A stretch of DNA of 64,000 nt from Eledone cirrhosa (lineage: Eukaryota), in assembly GCA_964016885.1 (NCBI GenBank), contig OZ024741.1:364064001-364128000 (forward strand), written 5' to 3'. The translations under genes and the position numbers were made by a program. Below the pieces are notes generated by a model. That model had not been told where the DNA came from. It did not search any database and was given only the letters and a program-made list of their open reading frames with translations. How positions within the stretch are numbered: the stretch's first letter is position 1; every line of letters begins with the position of its first letter. Below, in pieces: positions 44,594 to 59,090 of the stretch.

Positions 44594-45267
44594 GGAAAAA
44601 ATGAAACAATATTTCATTTCCCACTCTTAGTACGGCTGTTACTTAAATATAAGTATGTACACGTACATACATATATGTATACCGACGTACAGTAGTATGT
44701 ATATATATATATACATACATGCACACATATATATATGCACGTATGGATTCACCGAACATTTATTATAATGCTCGGTGTGTTTGTAAACAAACATCCCGTA
44801 TTAAGCCGTAGTGTCTAGCAACCATTGTTGCTCGTTTGTTCAACACTGACAAAGGAACGCTGTACTAGTTTCAAGCTTGTTAGCTATCGTCAGCAACGTA
44901 TACCTTCCTGCCAGATTGTTGAACGTATATACTTACCTTATGCATATTAACGGCTGAGTAGCCCAATTTGCATATCGAGTGGGTTAATCGGCCGGGTGCA
45001 CCGAAAACGATAAACGGAAAAAATGAAACGATATTTCATTTCCCACTCTTAGTACGGCTGTTACTTAAATATAAGTATGTACACGTACATACATATATGT
45101 ATACCGACGTACAGTAGTATGTATATATATATATACATACATGCACACATATATATATGCACGTATGGATTCACCGAACATTTATTATAATGCTCGGTGT
45201 GTTTGTAAACAAACATCCCATATTAAGCCGTAGTGTCTAGCAACCACCGTTGCTCGTTTGTTCAACA
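44590..45267 (-). mobile_element. HHR family D: 422-bp non-coding monomer, 1.6-mer tandem
   Basis: 44591-44845 is repeated at 45013-45267. Confidence 0.85.
44857..44899 (-). ncRNA. Type I hammerhead ribozyme (family D)
   Basis: acguug CUGACGA u agcu aaca agcu u GAAA cuag UA cagcgu. Confidence 0.88.
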
Positions 45268-45975
45268 GGACAACTCGTCTAACCCATGCTAGCGTGGAAA
45301 AACGGACGTAAAATAGTGATGATGATGATGATGATGATGTATATATGGAATACATTTGTTGAGTTAAAACCTAGAGAAGGATAGACTCTAATAGGTTTAT
45401 ATGCCTCTAACAAATTATGTCATGATGGTGCCTCTACAAATCCATCAGGAATTAAGGGCCCATAGAATTCATATAGATATACATAATCTTACATTAATTT
45501 GTTTTATGCTGGTATGTGTTGACTGAACCTCATAGTGTTTCCCCACATGTCAGTGCATTTCATTATCTGTTACACACATCAAAACAGAAAACACACCAAT
45601 CTTTTTGTGTGTCATTTTATATTTTCATGTATGTGTGTGTAGGTGAGTTAAGGATTGGGTTGGGGAGGTATGTGTGTGTTTAGAGATGTTTATTCACTCT
45701 AAAAATGTTTCATTGTATTGTATTTTATTGTATTGTTATGTTTCAAATAACTTAGTATAAATATAGAAATTATTATCATAATTCTCCTCCTACTCCTACT
45801 CTTCGACTCCTACCATTCCTACCACTCCTCCTCCTTCTCCTACTCCTTTTTCACCAGCTACTCCTTCATCTCCTTCTCCTTATCATCATCACCATCGTCA
45901 ATGTTGTCAGAGGTATCATCATTATCATCATCATTATGGCCATCATCATCATCATCATCATCATCACCATCAGCA

Positions 45976-46008
<33 letters not shown>

Positions 46009-46986
46009 CCATCACCATCACCATCATCATATTCATATACTTTCCTAAGCTAACAGTGGTTGGGCTCATAATAGCCTCTTATTTTTGTATGTGTTTTAAT
46101 GCTTGTGCGTTTTTATTGTTGTCATTGTTGTTGTTGTTGCTGTGATTGTCCTTGTTGTTGCTGTGATTGTCCTTGTTGTTGTTGTTGTTGTTAGTCTTTG
46201 TTGACCCTCTACATTGCTCTGGCTATCATTAAATAAACACTCCATTATTAATTTCCCCACTCAGTTAACATCATCCATTCTCATCACATGCTAACCATAA
46301 CATAATCATTTTCCTCATACAAACAAACACACCCTCTCTCTCACACACACATTAACAAACATACAAACCTCCACGCACACACAGACACACATACCAAGGC
46401 ACCTCTTGTAATTTTTTTCTCAAAACCATGGCTTGTCTAAAAATAAAAATAAATATACAATATATATATATATACATATATACACATACATAAAGATATA
46501 TCATCATCATCATCATCATTTTATGTCCGCTTTTCCCTGCTTGCAAGGGTGGGACGGGAACTGATTCTGGCTTGATTTCTACAGCTGGATGCCCTTCCTA
46601 ACACCAACCTCATTTACAGTGAGTGCTGGGTGCTTTTTTGCCGTGGCACCTACACGACCACTTTGCAGCGGAATGATAGGGACCCCAGTCCCTATCATCT
46701 CATTTCTACAACTGAGTAAACTGGAGCAATGTGAAATAAAGTGTCTTGCTCAAGGAAACAACACATCACACCTGAGAATTGAACTCACAACCTTTCGATT
46801 GCAAGCCCAATGCTCTAACCACTAAGCCATGTGCCTCCATATACGTATATATATATATATATATATATAGGGAGTGTAACGTGAAGTTACTGTAGGTTCA
46901 CCCAGGTGAGCACTTGCTGTTTAGGTTCACATCAATGGAGAGGTGTAGAGCTAAAGAAAGTGTAATATAATAATACAAGAGCAGAA

Positions 46987-47058
46987 GTCCGACGAGCTTT
47001 TGATTCCAGAGTTAGGCCAGACCGATACAGATCGAACCAATAGTGAAACTCACGTCAC
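46987..47058 (+). ncRNA. Degenerate HHR-like motif (CCGACGA core)
   Basis: gt CCGACGA gct...agt GAAA ctcacg TC ac, AATAAA at 47064. Confidence 0.5.
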
Positions 47059-47077
47059 CAATCAATAAACACAATAA

Positions 47078-47865
47078 ATGCTCATGCGATACATCGTGTT
47101 GAGGGTAGCTAGGGAACCTGGCACGGGTGGGTCCTTCATCAATTTAGATCAGTCGAAAGCTTTCGATAGGGTCGACCATCGTTATCTGGCGGCAGTCATG
47201 AGGGCGGCTGGCTTTGGGCCCGTCTTCAGAGGCTGGATCGCTGCCATGCACAGCGACATCTGCTCTGTGGTGAGAGTGAACGGTCACCTTTTGGAACCAT
47301 TCAACATCATGCGCTCGGTCCGCCAAGGATGTCTCCTCTCATCCCTCTTGTACGTATTGACTCTCGAGCCATTACTGCACAAACTGGAGACGTTGAGGGG
47401 GGGTCCCATGCGAACTAGGATGCAGAAGATCCGTGTCACCGTAGTGGTGTTGAACGCCCAACACATCGAGGCGATCGGCACTACACTAAGAGAATACGAA
47501 GCGGTGCAGGAAAATCAGGGTAGAGAGGGAAGTGCTCTCTTCCCAGCTTTTTGTTGAAAGATGGGTGAAAGAGGCAAGAATGGCCCGAGTGAATGGACCT
47601 ACTCTGAGTATATGCCTGTAAATTGAAGGTAGAAAACTGGGAGAAGACACTTGCCCTGGTGGTCAGGGTCACCGTGGCTTTTTTTAATGGGCTTTCTCCA
47701 CGATAGCCCTCGAAAATCTCCCCCCTATTGGGGAATTTTTCATTGTTCTTTTATTACATCCCCTGTTTTCTTTTACACGCAGAAATGCCCATTTGTACCA
47801 TCCTGTATTGTCCTGTACTGTCCTTAATGTCTACTTTGTGTAAACCTTGTGGTTAATAAAGAAAG

Positions 47866-47912
<47 letters not shown>
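47078..47912 (+). mobile_element. Internally deleted Tx1/L1-clade LINE fragment
   Basis: INLDQSKAFDRVDHRYL...GFG..F..WI...VNG...SVRQGC.LS.LLYVL.LEPL; AATAAA plus (TTA)n tail. Confidence 0.8.
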
Positions 47913-47914
<2 letters not shown>

Positions 47915-48101
47915 GAGCGATGAATTGGCAGTATTGGTAGAGGGTCGGACACCATGCTTTGACGCATAGAGTTACAGCCCTTGCCATTCTGAGTTCAAAT
48001 CCCACCGAGGTTAACTTTGCCTTTCATCCTTACGGGGTCGATAAAATAAAGTACCAGTAATGTACTGGGTAATTGTTGGCCTTGTGCCAATAGTAGAAAC
48101 A

Positions 48102-48152
<51 letters not shown>

Positions 48153-48391
48153 TATATGTATATATGTTTATGTATGTGTATATATGTATATATATATATA
48201 TATAACAAAGGAAATGTGGTAAGGAACCAGGTGGACCATAACGCACCAAAGTACTCAATACTTAGGGTAGTAGAGTGGGTAATAGGAATGAGTAGGACGC
48301 CGACGGCTGAGCTCAAGCCGTTTTGACGGCTAATTCTGGACTAGTCGTCGAAACGGCTTGAGCTATTATATATATTCCTATTATATATATT

Positions 48392-48428
<37 letters not shown>

Positions 48429-49152
48429 CATGGCTTATTGGTTAGAGCATTGGGCTTGCAATCGAAAGGTTGTGAGTTCAATTCTCGGACCGAGTGATGT
48501 GTTGTATCCTTGAGCAAAACACTTTATTTCACATTGCTCCAGTTTACTCAGCTGAGGAAATGAGATGATAGGACTGGGGTCCCTATCATTCCACTACAAA
48601 GTGGTCGTGGAGGTGCCATGGAAAAAAGCACCCAGCACTCACTGTAAATGAGGTTGGTGTTAGGAAGTGCATCCAGCTGTAGAAATCAAGCCAGAATCAG
48701 TTCCTGTATGAGCAAGACAAGGTCAGCCGACCGGACACTGCCCACAACAGGAAAACCTGTCTAACCCATGCTAGCGTGGAAGAACCGACGTAAAACGGTG
48801 ATGATGATGATGATATATATTTATTAAAATAACAGATTAAAGTTTAAGCAAAGAATCGCTGCTTTCACCCTTATATATATATATTTATTTTTTTAATTTC
48901 AATTGAGTTGTTAACACGTTGGATTGATAATGTTTTCGAAAAAACTGATTAACCCGCGTGTATATTATTTTTTTTTCCCTCCTTTCGTGGATCGTAGTTG
49001 TCTCCCCTTCCCGGTTAGTGACGCTATAATACTTCCTCAGTCAAAAACTGCTGGAATTTCAAATTTGCCGGTCATTCGATGCGGGAAGGAGCAACTTAAC
49101 AGACACGATTTTTAACTGTGGTAAGAAATGGTTTTCTTATATCAAAGTTTAA

Positions 49153-49282
49153 TGGGCTTCCACTGATGATTTATAAGCGCCCACCTAAATATATTCTTAC
49201 ATGAATGTATATTAGGCTTCTACATAAACTGGAAATATTCTCCGAATTTGTAGAAAACTTATAATGAAACAATTGTTTGGAA
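49153..49282 (+). ncRNA. Type I HHR with a large branched stem II (family C, diverged copy)
   Basis: ttcca CTGATGA t ttataag ... cttataa t GAAA caattg TT tggaa. Confidence 0.8.
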
Positions 49283-49463
49283 AGAGAGATATATTTTAAC
49301 TTTAATTATATCTCATAAAATAATACAACTGGCTTTTCCACATAATACATATTGTTAGCACCCCAAACACTTAAATTGGGTTTATATTAAAATATAACCT
49401 AATGTTTGTTGAGTGAGATGGTTACCAGTCAGAGATTAGCTTTAAACTATCTCTGTTATTGTA

Positions 49464-49511
<48 letters not shown>

Positions 49512-49769
49512 TATGTATACGTACATACATATATGTATACAGACGTACAGCAGTATGTATATATATATATACATGCACACATATATATATATATGTACGT
49601 ATGTATATATGTGTGCATGTATGCATGTATGTATATATATACATACTACTGTACGTCTGTATACATATATGTATGTACGTATACATACTTATATTTAAGT
49701 AACAGCCGTACTAAGAGTGAGAAATGAAATTTTGTTTCATTTTTTCCATTTATATATATATATATCATC

Positions 49770-50553
49770 ATCATCATCATCATCATCATTTTACGTCCGC
49801 TCTTCCCTGCTTGCAAGGGTGGGATGGGTTTTATTCAGCACTCGTCACAGTCTTTCATCATCTCACCACCCCCGTCCATGTTTTTCGTGGTTTACCTCTA
49901 CCACGTCTTCCTTCAACTGGCATTTCCTGGCACTTCTTCACCCATCGGTCATCCTCCATGCGCATCACATGTCCATACCACCTCAGTCTCCTCTCCCGTA
50001 CACTACATTCTATTCCTCTCAGACACAGTTTCTCTCTCAACACATTCATGCTGGGTCACTCACGCACATTTACACTGCACATCCAATGGAGCATGCTTGC
50101 CTCATTTCTCTCCAGCCGTCGCATATCCTCTGCAGTTGCTGCTCATGTCTCACTACCATGCAGCATCACGCTCCTCACACAGGCATCATATAACCGGTCT
50201 TACGTACGCAGGGAGAAACCCTTCTTCGTCAGCAGAGGAAGCAGCTCCCTAAACTTCTTCCAACCCGTCCTTATTCTAGATACTATGGTTTCGGAACACC
50301 CTCCTCCCATGCTAATCTGATCTCCTAGGTACCGGAAGCTACCCACCACTTCTATAGCATCCTCCTGCATTTGAAAAATGTGTCTATCAATGCGACTTCT
50401 ACTGTCTAATTTCCCTGTACATCTACTGCATACATATTTCTCCCTACCTGTTAGTTTGCCTCCTATCCCGCTACATCTCTACACTCAGGATCTGCATTGT
50501 GTGTATTTTATTGAATTTATGCCAGTTCCTTTTCTGCATATCGAACATGGCCA

Positions 50554-50555
<2 letters not shown>
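49770..50555 (-). mobile_element. RTE LINE 3' fragment
   Basis: RERRLRWYGHVMRMEDDRWVKKC...GRGKPRKTW. Confidence 0.85.
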
Positions 50556-50589
<34 letters not shown>

Positions 50590-50592
<3 letters not shown>

Positions 50593-50845
50593 GACGTAAA
50601 ATAAGAAAATTATAGTAATTAACTTACTTACTTAAATTTCACTCCAACTAATTAGTTTCTGAAAGAGAATATACATAGTCTCCAAATGGAGATCATGGAG
50701 AAACCTTTTCTTCATTAGGGAGTCATTCTCAGCTAAGATACCTGGCGATGCGTGGACACAGGGAACTTATACAAAAATAATTCAGTGGATGGAAAAGAGC
50801 AAGCGGGCACTAAATTCCAAGACACTGAAAAAATCACTGCCTTCA
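50590..50845 (-). mobile_element. HHR family A, decayed copy (core CUAAUGA)
   Basis: Homologous to 12783-13035 with the same terminus next to (TA)n. Confidence 0.8.
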
Positions 50846-51399
50846 GGCCCGAGTACAACAGATTTCTTCCAGAGAGAAGAAGAATCAACCACATTACTAA
50901 ACTAGTACTTTTTTATTGACATCAAAGGCAAGTTGAGAGGTAAAGCTGACCTTGGCAAGATTTGTATTCAGAGAGCAGAGAGGCAGAATGAATAACATAA
51001 AGCATTCTATTCAACATTCTAATGACTCTGCCAATTTGCCATCATCAAAAGGTGAAAGAAAAGTGTTATTGTACTGCCTGATACATTGTTAGGCTTTGGT
51101 AGGTTTGTGATGACTTCTAGTTCATGAAATCTAATGATGCCAAGGCCTTGACAAACATGTTTCCCAAACATGTTTCCAAGTTGAAGCCATCTGCATAGCA
51201 CCTTGAGCAAGAGTCTTTTTCCATGGCATAATGAAGACAAAGCAGACAGTTCTAAATATAATATTAGGCTTATAAAAAACGTGTAGAAGCCAATCAGTAA
51301 GTGCGTGTGTGTGTGTGTTTATGTGTCTGGTTGTGTGTGTGTGCGTGCGTGTATTATTTTTACCATAAAAGTACACCCTTCAGAAAGTACACCCTTTTA

Positions 51400-52041
51400 T
51401 GAACAAATTAAACCTCTAGTAGATGGATCTGCAAAAGATTGAGTGCCTTTTTTTGCAATATGGTCAAAACTGATCCAACACCAGAAGTCAGCACAAGCTA
51501 CACTGACCACTTGCAAAACTTGAGGGAAGATATGAAAAGAAGATTTAATGATATTATCGAAATGACCCTGCCTAAATAGATTATGTACATGGTACATTTT
51601 AATGTCTTAAGTGAGCAAGACATTGATCCTATTATTGTTCTAGAACTTCTTGAACTGAAAGAGAACAGATGGGGAGAACTGAAAGGGAAGGATTGACTGG
51701 ATGACTGAAAATAAAATTCACCCATTCCTTGCTCTTTGAAAAGAGGTTGAGGTGGGATTTTCTGCAGCAAATTATGTACTCACAAAGAAACATAATTTAT
51801 TGCAGATTGAAAAAAGAGGAGACTTACACCTGAAGCTGAACCAAGGTTTGGAAGTTTAACTTGACAAGCTGATAGACACCAGGAGCAATGTAGTCATTAG
51901 TTAGGCTTTATATTTCCTACTATATATTTCTTTTGTAGATGTATTTCCTGTTACATGGAATTTCTATTTGTTCTTATGTGAACCTGAAATTTTTTTGACA
52001 CTAAAAATTGGTCACAAGGAGGAAAAGGTAGAGAAACACTG
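51400..52041 (+). mobile_element. hAT (Charlie/Buster-type) transposase remnant with right TIR
   Basis: DMKRRFNDIIEM...ELLELK...VEVGFSA..VLTKK.N.L.I.KRGDL.LKL; ends ...ggtagagaaacactg. Confidence 0.65.
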
Positions 52042-53099
52042 GTTTAGAGCATAGGTTTTGTTTCACAAATCCACTATCAAGTAAAAATAAAACAACCTTC
52101 TCCCACATTTTTAGAAAATTTTATTTCTTTATAATCAGAAAATAAAAAAAGAATGAGAAAATTCTAAATTGATATAATATAAAGAAACGGAGATATATTT
52201 TTAGTTTAAGTATTATAAAAAAAACAAAATTTTCTTTAACTGTTATGGAGATCATTATAAACACTAGGGAGATATCGAAATGAATAGGGAATAGTTGAAA
52301 AAGATCAACTAAGCGAACATTGTATAAGGATTGAGAGTAGAAGGGGGAGGAAGAGAAAGTAAGTGAGAGAGGAGAGAAAGAGAGAATGAGTGAGCGAAAT
52401 AAAACAAAACAAGATTGAAAGAAAAAGTATAATTAAGTCACACAAAAAAAAAAAACAGTCTGTGTACATGTATGTGAGTGCATGTACATATACCTATATG
52501 TGTAGAGGATATTTATGTATTAAAAAGTTCAATGTTCTGAATGCAATACAGAGATAAAATTCACGACGATATAGCAAATGTAGAAAAACAGTGTTTCGAT
52601 GTAAAATAATCATTTCAGATATCTTAGCACCTTATTTATATAGAATTTGAAGTTGGTGAAAATCATCAAAATATTTACACTGAATATAAGCCAAACAAGC
52701 TTTCTACCATTGATTTTTTGGTCATATATTACTCAGCTTATATTCAAGTATATAGGTATATATAAATATTACAATAAATATATAAATATCAAAATATTAT
52801 CATCATTGTCATTTTATATCTACTGTTCCATACTTGCATGAGTTAGACAGGTCTTTTTCAGCATATCTACACTTGTCTCATTCCTACGTCATCTCCTCTG
52901 TAAGCTTCAGTGATTTGAGATCAGCTCTTACCACATTCACTTCCTTGGTCTTCCTCTATAGTGGCTTCCTTCCATTGCAGTTTCTTGGCACTTCTTCACC
53001 CACAAATATTAAAATGATTATTTGGATATTATAATAAATATATAGATATTGAAATAATGTATAAATAACAAAACAAATATATAAATACTAAAACAAGTA

Positions 53100-53700
53100 T
53101 CATCATCATCATCATCATCATCATCATTTTATGTCTGCTTTTCCCTGCTTGCAAGGGTGGGATGGGTCCTATTCAGCACAACATCTCCCCATTCGTCACA
53201 GTCCTTAGTCATCTCCTCCGTGAACTTCAGTGATCTGAGGTCAGCTCTCACCACCTCTGTCTATGATTTTCATGGTTTTCCTCTACCACGTCTTCCTTCT
53301 ATTGGGATTTCTCGGCACTTCTTTACCCAGCGGTCATCCTCCATGCACATCGCATGTCCATACCAACGCAGTTTTCTCTCCCCCACACTACAACTCATCT
53401 ATGCTTGGTCACCCACGCACATTGACATTGCACATCTAATAGAGCATGCTTCATTTCTCTCCAGCCATTGCATATCCTCTGCAATTGCTGCCCATGTCTC
53501 ACTACCATGCAGGATCATGCATCTCACACAGGCATCATATAACTGGCCTTTCGTTCGTAGGGAGAAACCCTTCTTTGTCAACAGAGGAAGCAGCTCCCTA
53601 AACTTCTTCCAACATGTCCTTATTCTAGATACTATGGCCTCGGAGCACCCTCCTCCCTTGCTAATCTGATCACCTAGGTATCGGAAGCTATCAACCACCT
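53100..53700 (-). mobile_element. RTE LINE 3' fragment
   Basis: VDSFRYLGDQI...WKKFRELLPLL...HGSETW. Confidence 0.85.
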
Positions 53701-54009
53701 AGTAAAATAAATATAAACTTCAGCAGGGCTCTAACCTAAACTGAGAACAAAATGTAAATCAACCAATAAGGTGTCTTCTATGCCAGTGGCTCCCAAACCT
53801 TTCTTAATCACTACACACTTTATAGAAAGTAAACCATATTTTGGCACACTTAATGCATAAAGTAAAAAATTATACACAAAAGAAAAATGTATTTACATAT
53901 TTTAGCAAACAACAGCAACTATATATAGGCTACTATCTCCTTCTAAAGTAGGCCCTATTATATGTTTAATCAAACTCATTAAGGTTCTCCTTTTAAGGCA
54001 GTATTTTAT

Positions 54010-55062
54010 AGATGCAGAATGGTAGGAACTCCATTCTCTGCCCCAAATGCAAACAATGGGTACACAAGAGATGTAGCGGGATCTCAGGAAGCTTAACTAA
54101 GAATATAGGCTTCACATGCAGCAGCTGTGCTGGGACAGCAAGCAGCAAACAGCCACAGGAAACAAGTACCACCAATCTCTGGGAGGGCTCTGTAGAAACA
54201 GTAGACAGTTAGTTTCTGCTACCTAGGTGACCGAATTAGTAGCGGAGGTGGGTGTTCATAAAGTACAATAACTAGGGTAAGAAGTGGATGGAAGAAATTC
54301 AGGGAGCTACTGCCACTGCAAAAGGCTTTTCCCTCAAAATGAAAGGCAGACTGTATGATGCGTGTATACGAACAGCAATTTTACATGGTAGTGAGACCTG
54401 GGCGCTGAAGGTGGAAGACTTGCGTAGATTAGAAAAAAACGAAGCTTGTGTAATAGTAATATACGCGAACGGCAAAGCATAAATGAATTGAGGGAGAGAT
54501 TGAGCATAAGAGGAATCAAATGTTGTGTGCAGGAGAGGTGGTTGCGTTGGTATGGACATGTGATGCGTATGAAGGATGACAGCTGCATAAAAAGGTACAG
54601 AGCACTAGAAGTCGCTGGAAACCGCGGAGTGGGGAGACCCAAGAAGACCTGGGATGAGGTGATAAAAGCCGACCTTACCCAATTACACCTCTCAAAGGCG
54701 ATGACACACAACCGTGACCTCTGGCGTCACACAGTAATACAGAAGACCCGACCCCCCACGGGTACAAGCCGAAGCTGAAACATATAGACAATATGCCCCC
54801 ACACCCTCCCACTGAAAAGTGGTCGTGGAGGTGCCATGGCAAAAAAGCACCCAGCCCACACTGTAAAGTGGACGTGTAGGCGCCACGGAAAAAAAGCACC
54901 CAGCACTCACTGTAAATGAGGTTGGTGTTAGGAAAGGCATCCAACTGTAGAAATCAAGCCAGAATCAGTTCCCGTATGAGCAAGACAAGGTCAGCCGACT
55001 GGACACTGCCCACAACAGGACAACCCGTCTAACCCATGCTAGCGTGGAAGAATGGATGATGA
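54010..55062 (+). mobile_element. RTE LINE 3' fragment with 3' UTR
   Basis: CPKCKQWVHKRCSG...LRWYGHVMRM...GRPKKTW. Confidence 0.85.
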
Positions 55063-57431
55063 ATGATTTTCCTGTTGTCAAAACATTTTGTCACCTCCTA
55101 TGACATACAAGGATACATTGTACCTATTCTAAAACCAGGTTACACACTATGATATTTATAGATTTATATTTAAAATGATGTCTCTGATAGCAAAATCCTT
55201 GTGGATTGTCTCTCTGTTGACCATTGGCCGCTGTTCTCTGACTTCTGAGGCATTTTTGCCCATTGCTCTCTTTGACAGCATTTAGCTGTTTTAACAGCTG
55301 TTCTAGTGATGAGTTTTCTCATTATTATATGTATTCAAGATTTATACTTATATATTTAATGGTGATGGATAGACAGAATCATTAGAGTGTTACACAAAAT
55401 TCCCCATAATACTTAGTCATGGGTGTTTATGTTCTGAGGTAAACTGTAAAGTAATCTATACTTTTCATCCTTGCAAGATCAATAAAATAATTAGCAGTCA
55501 AATACTGGTGTCAACTGTTCCCCTCACCACAAATTTCTGCCTTCATACCTATGTTAGAAATTATACTTTTATATTTAAGTATTTAATATTTATAATATTT
55601 TTTATATTTCAGCCTATAACCCTTTAGCATTTACATTACTCTCTATATATTATGGTATTTTCATGGTAAACACTTTATTTCACATAACTATCTCATATAA
55701 TTATCTAATCTATGAAATTTTGATATTATTTATTTTGAGAACGATACCTAAATGTCAGTATGAGCAGCTGGTTATGGCCAGTTTGAACAGAAAGAGGTGA
55801 GAGAATTCTGGCCAGATACAGCCGGTTAAAATGCTAAAGGGATAAACATAAATAATTTAAACTACAAAAACTAATTAGATACTTACTTTATTTAATAATT
55901 GTTTCTACTTTTGGCACAAGACCAGCAATTACCCAGTGTATTACTGGTACTTTATTTTATCGACCCCGTATGGATGAAAGGCAAAGTTAACCTCAGCGGG
56001 ATTTGAACTCAGATCGTAAAGGGACGTAACTATGCTGGAAAGCATGTCCAACCCTCCACTGCTACTGCCAATTCACTGCCCTTACTTTATTTAATAATTG
56101 TTTCTACTTTTGGCACAAGGCCAGCAATTACCCAGTGTATTACTGGTACTTTATTTTATCGACCCCATAAGGATGAAATGCAAAGTTAACCTCGATGGGA
56201 TTTATAATGAAACATATTTGTCAAAACTATATTTTAAATTTAGAATTTTAGTTTGTATTTTTCCCATTTTAAAAATATAATGTCATTATTTATGCAGTAC
56301 ACCTGGCTACACTTCCCAGCACACTAGTATGTTAAAGTGCACCTTTTAGGAATCACTATTCTTTGCTGAAGCTTGATCTGCTAGAAATAGCAGCCAAACC
56401 CTCAGATCTGACCCTGGTCATCATATCTTTGCTATTTACAACTAAAGTGTTTATTCTGTTGCGAGTTTCTGCCATTGGTCTTGAGCCTTCATTTTATTAT
56501 ACTATTTACATAATATTTACTTCTAGCTTATATACTGAGATTCTATAGGTGTAGTCATGCTTGAGTGGTTAAGAAAATTGCTTTGTAATCATGAGATCCC
56601 AGGTTTCATCCCACTATGGGGGTGTCTTGGCCAAGTGTTTACTTGAGTTGAGCCAAGCTTTGTGAATGGTAGGGTAGACAAAATCTGTGCAAGTCCATCA
56701 AATGAATTGTACTTACAATTCATATATCCAATCATGTCACATTATTTCATGTTGATTTCGGTTGAGAATTATTTTGTGAGTACATGTGTCTGTGGAGTAC
56801 TCAACCACTTACATGTTAATTCATAAGCTGGATACTAAGTTGATTGAATGACAGAATGCTCATAGTCAAAACCGATGGAAGACCTATCATATACTGAAAT
56901 CAGATATTTACCTGATGTTATTAAGCTTTGAATGCTCCAATAGCCAGCTGATACCTGTCAACACAGCTTTATCAGTCTTCATGTGCCTTAATTAAATCTA
57001 CCATTGACTATTTACTCTGTCCATCAGAAAGATTTGTTCAATTTCTTGGATTTTCCCCAGTTTGTACTATTAAGCAATATTCTTACTATTAAGTATATAT
57101 AATATGTTTTACCTTGTAGAGTACAGGTTTGCTTTAATTAAGTACATCGTTGTGATTAATGTTAATTAATCATATCAAATCCAATTAATTTTCTGCTCTC
57201 TTGCCTTAGTTATTTTTAAAGTAAGCTTAATTAATTAATTATACCAAGTCACCTCCCTTTCTAAACTTTACATGTTTACTTATTAAGAAACACCTCTATG
57301 AACAACACAAACTCAAATAAATAGGTAGCCTACTTGGATCTCACTCAATCTACTATACACTGTATCTAATAAAAAAAAAAAGGATGGTTTATGGTTGGAA
57401 TGCATTTTGACCATAGGTCTGGTTCATTACA

Positions 57432-57888
57432 CCTCTCTAAGACAATGTCACTGGACCGAGATCTTTGGCGCTACACAGTAATACAGAAGACCCGCCTTGC
57501 CTAAGTGCAAAGCGAAACCTACAGTCAGTAGGCACCTCTTAACCAAAATACACCCCTGTCCCACTACCCCCACCCCATCCACACCACCCCTTTCGATGTA
57601 AAATTATGTTGGTACCACAACATCCAGTCCTAAATAAATGAGGTTGTGCAGGTGTCACGACAAAAAAACACACAGTCCACGCTGTAATGTGGCCGTGAAG
57701 GTAACACAGTAAAAACCTCCCAGTCCCACACTGTAAACATGGTTGTGTTAGGAAGGGCATCCGGCCGTAGAAAACCCGCCAGGCAGTCCTATGCGAGCAA
57801 GACAACCAATCTTGCCTCAAGTGGGAAAATTCCCGTCCAAACCCATGCTAGCGTGGAAGATGGACGTTAAACGATGATGATGATGATG
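57432..57888 (+). mobile_element. RTE 3' UTR fragment; similar copy at 21735-22158
   Basis: Reverse complement of 36785-37305. Confidence 0.8.
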
Positions 57889-58258
57889 CTTACCTGATTC
57901 GTAAAGAAATCAACTTTTGTTCTGCTTGCATGAAGTCTACACCACAATGATAAGATTTAAAGTGATCAGGAGTGATTTAAAATCTATTTCTCAGGTCATT
58001 AACCCTTTTATTACCATATTTCTATTGAAATATAGTAATCCTCCTCCTCCTCATCCTCCTCCACCTCCTCCTCCTCATCCTCCTCCACCTCCTCCTCCTC
58101 CTCCTCCTCATCATCATCATCCTCATTTAATGTCCATTTTCCATGCTAGCAAGGGTTGGGGATTGCATCATGCTTACATACATTGCCACACCCTGCAGAG
58201 TGCACTGGGTGCATTTTATCAAGACACCACCACTAGGGAGGATTTGCCATGCCTTTAA

Positions 58259-58477
58259 CCCTTTAGCATTTACATTACTCTATATTTACTATTATATTTT
58301 CATGGTAAAGGCTTTACCTCACATAATTATCTCATAATATTGAATCTATGAGATTTTGATATTATTTATTTTGAGAACAATACCTTAACATCAGTGTGAG
58401 TGGCTGGTTATGGCTGGTTTGAACAGAAAGAGGTGAGAGAATTATGGTTGGATATGGCCAGTTTAAATGCTAAAGGG
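58259..58477. mobile_element. piggyBac-type MITE; other copies at ~55618-55842 and a nested, split copy at 25250-26140
   Basis: TIR CCCTTTAGCATTTA / TAAATGCTAAAGGG with TTAA on both sides. Confidence 0.8.
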
Positions 58478-59090
58478 TTAACACAACTGAAGAGTTGTCT
58501 TGACCCTTTGTTTAGCAAGTTTTCTACAGCTGGATAACCTTCCTATGACCAAACACTTTACAGTGTACTGGGTTCATATATTGTCTTATAAACACTACAG
58601 AGGTTGTTGTGCTTTTGATGCAACTGAAGAGTCATCTCAACTCTTGTTTGCTATGGCTTCTACAGCTGGTTGCCATTCCTGTCATCAACTATCTTACAGA
58701 GTGTACTCGGTGTATATTCTGGGGCACGAGGGAGATTGTTGGTCATTTACTCAACTGAAGAGCCCTCTCTATTCTATGTGGGAGGGGGAAGGGCACAAAG
58801 GTGCAAAAAGATGCTAAGTATGGTGTCATGGGTGTATGGCAGGAAAGGTGCCTCAAATAGCATGGTTTTTTTTGGTGAGTGGGTAGTGTGATAATGAGAA
58901 CATCTAGTAGGGGGTTATGACTGGTGTGTTAGGATCGAAGAGGAGTGGGTTAAGGATTAGGGCTTGTATGTTAGGATTTAAGAGGTGTGGAGGTGATTGA
59001 GAATATTGTGGGGATGGGGTGTACAGTGATAGTAAAAATAGCTATAAAGGAGCAATAGTGGAGAGGAACATGAATGGGTGAGGTCACATC

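Noticed and set aside
55130-55320. Short open frame faintly resembling a gag C-terminus
   Set aside because: Too short and without diagnostic motifs.
56911-56987. Possible minus-strand coding exon (HMKTDKAVLTGISWLLEHSKLNNI) with a GT donor
   Set aside because: The acceptor is weak, there are no partner exons and I recognise no homology; it needs RNA-seq.
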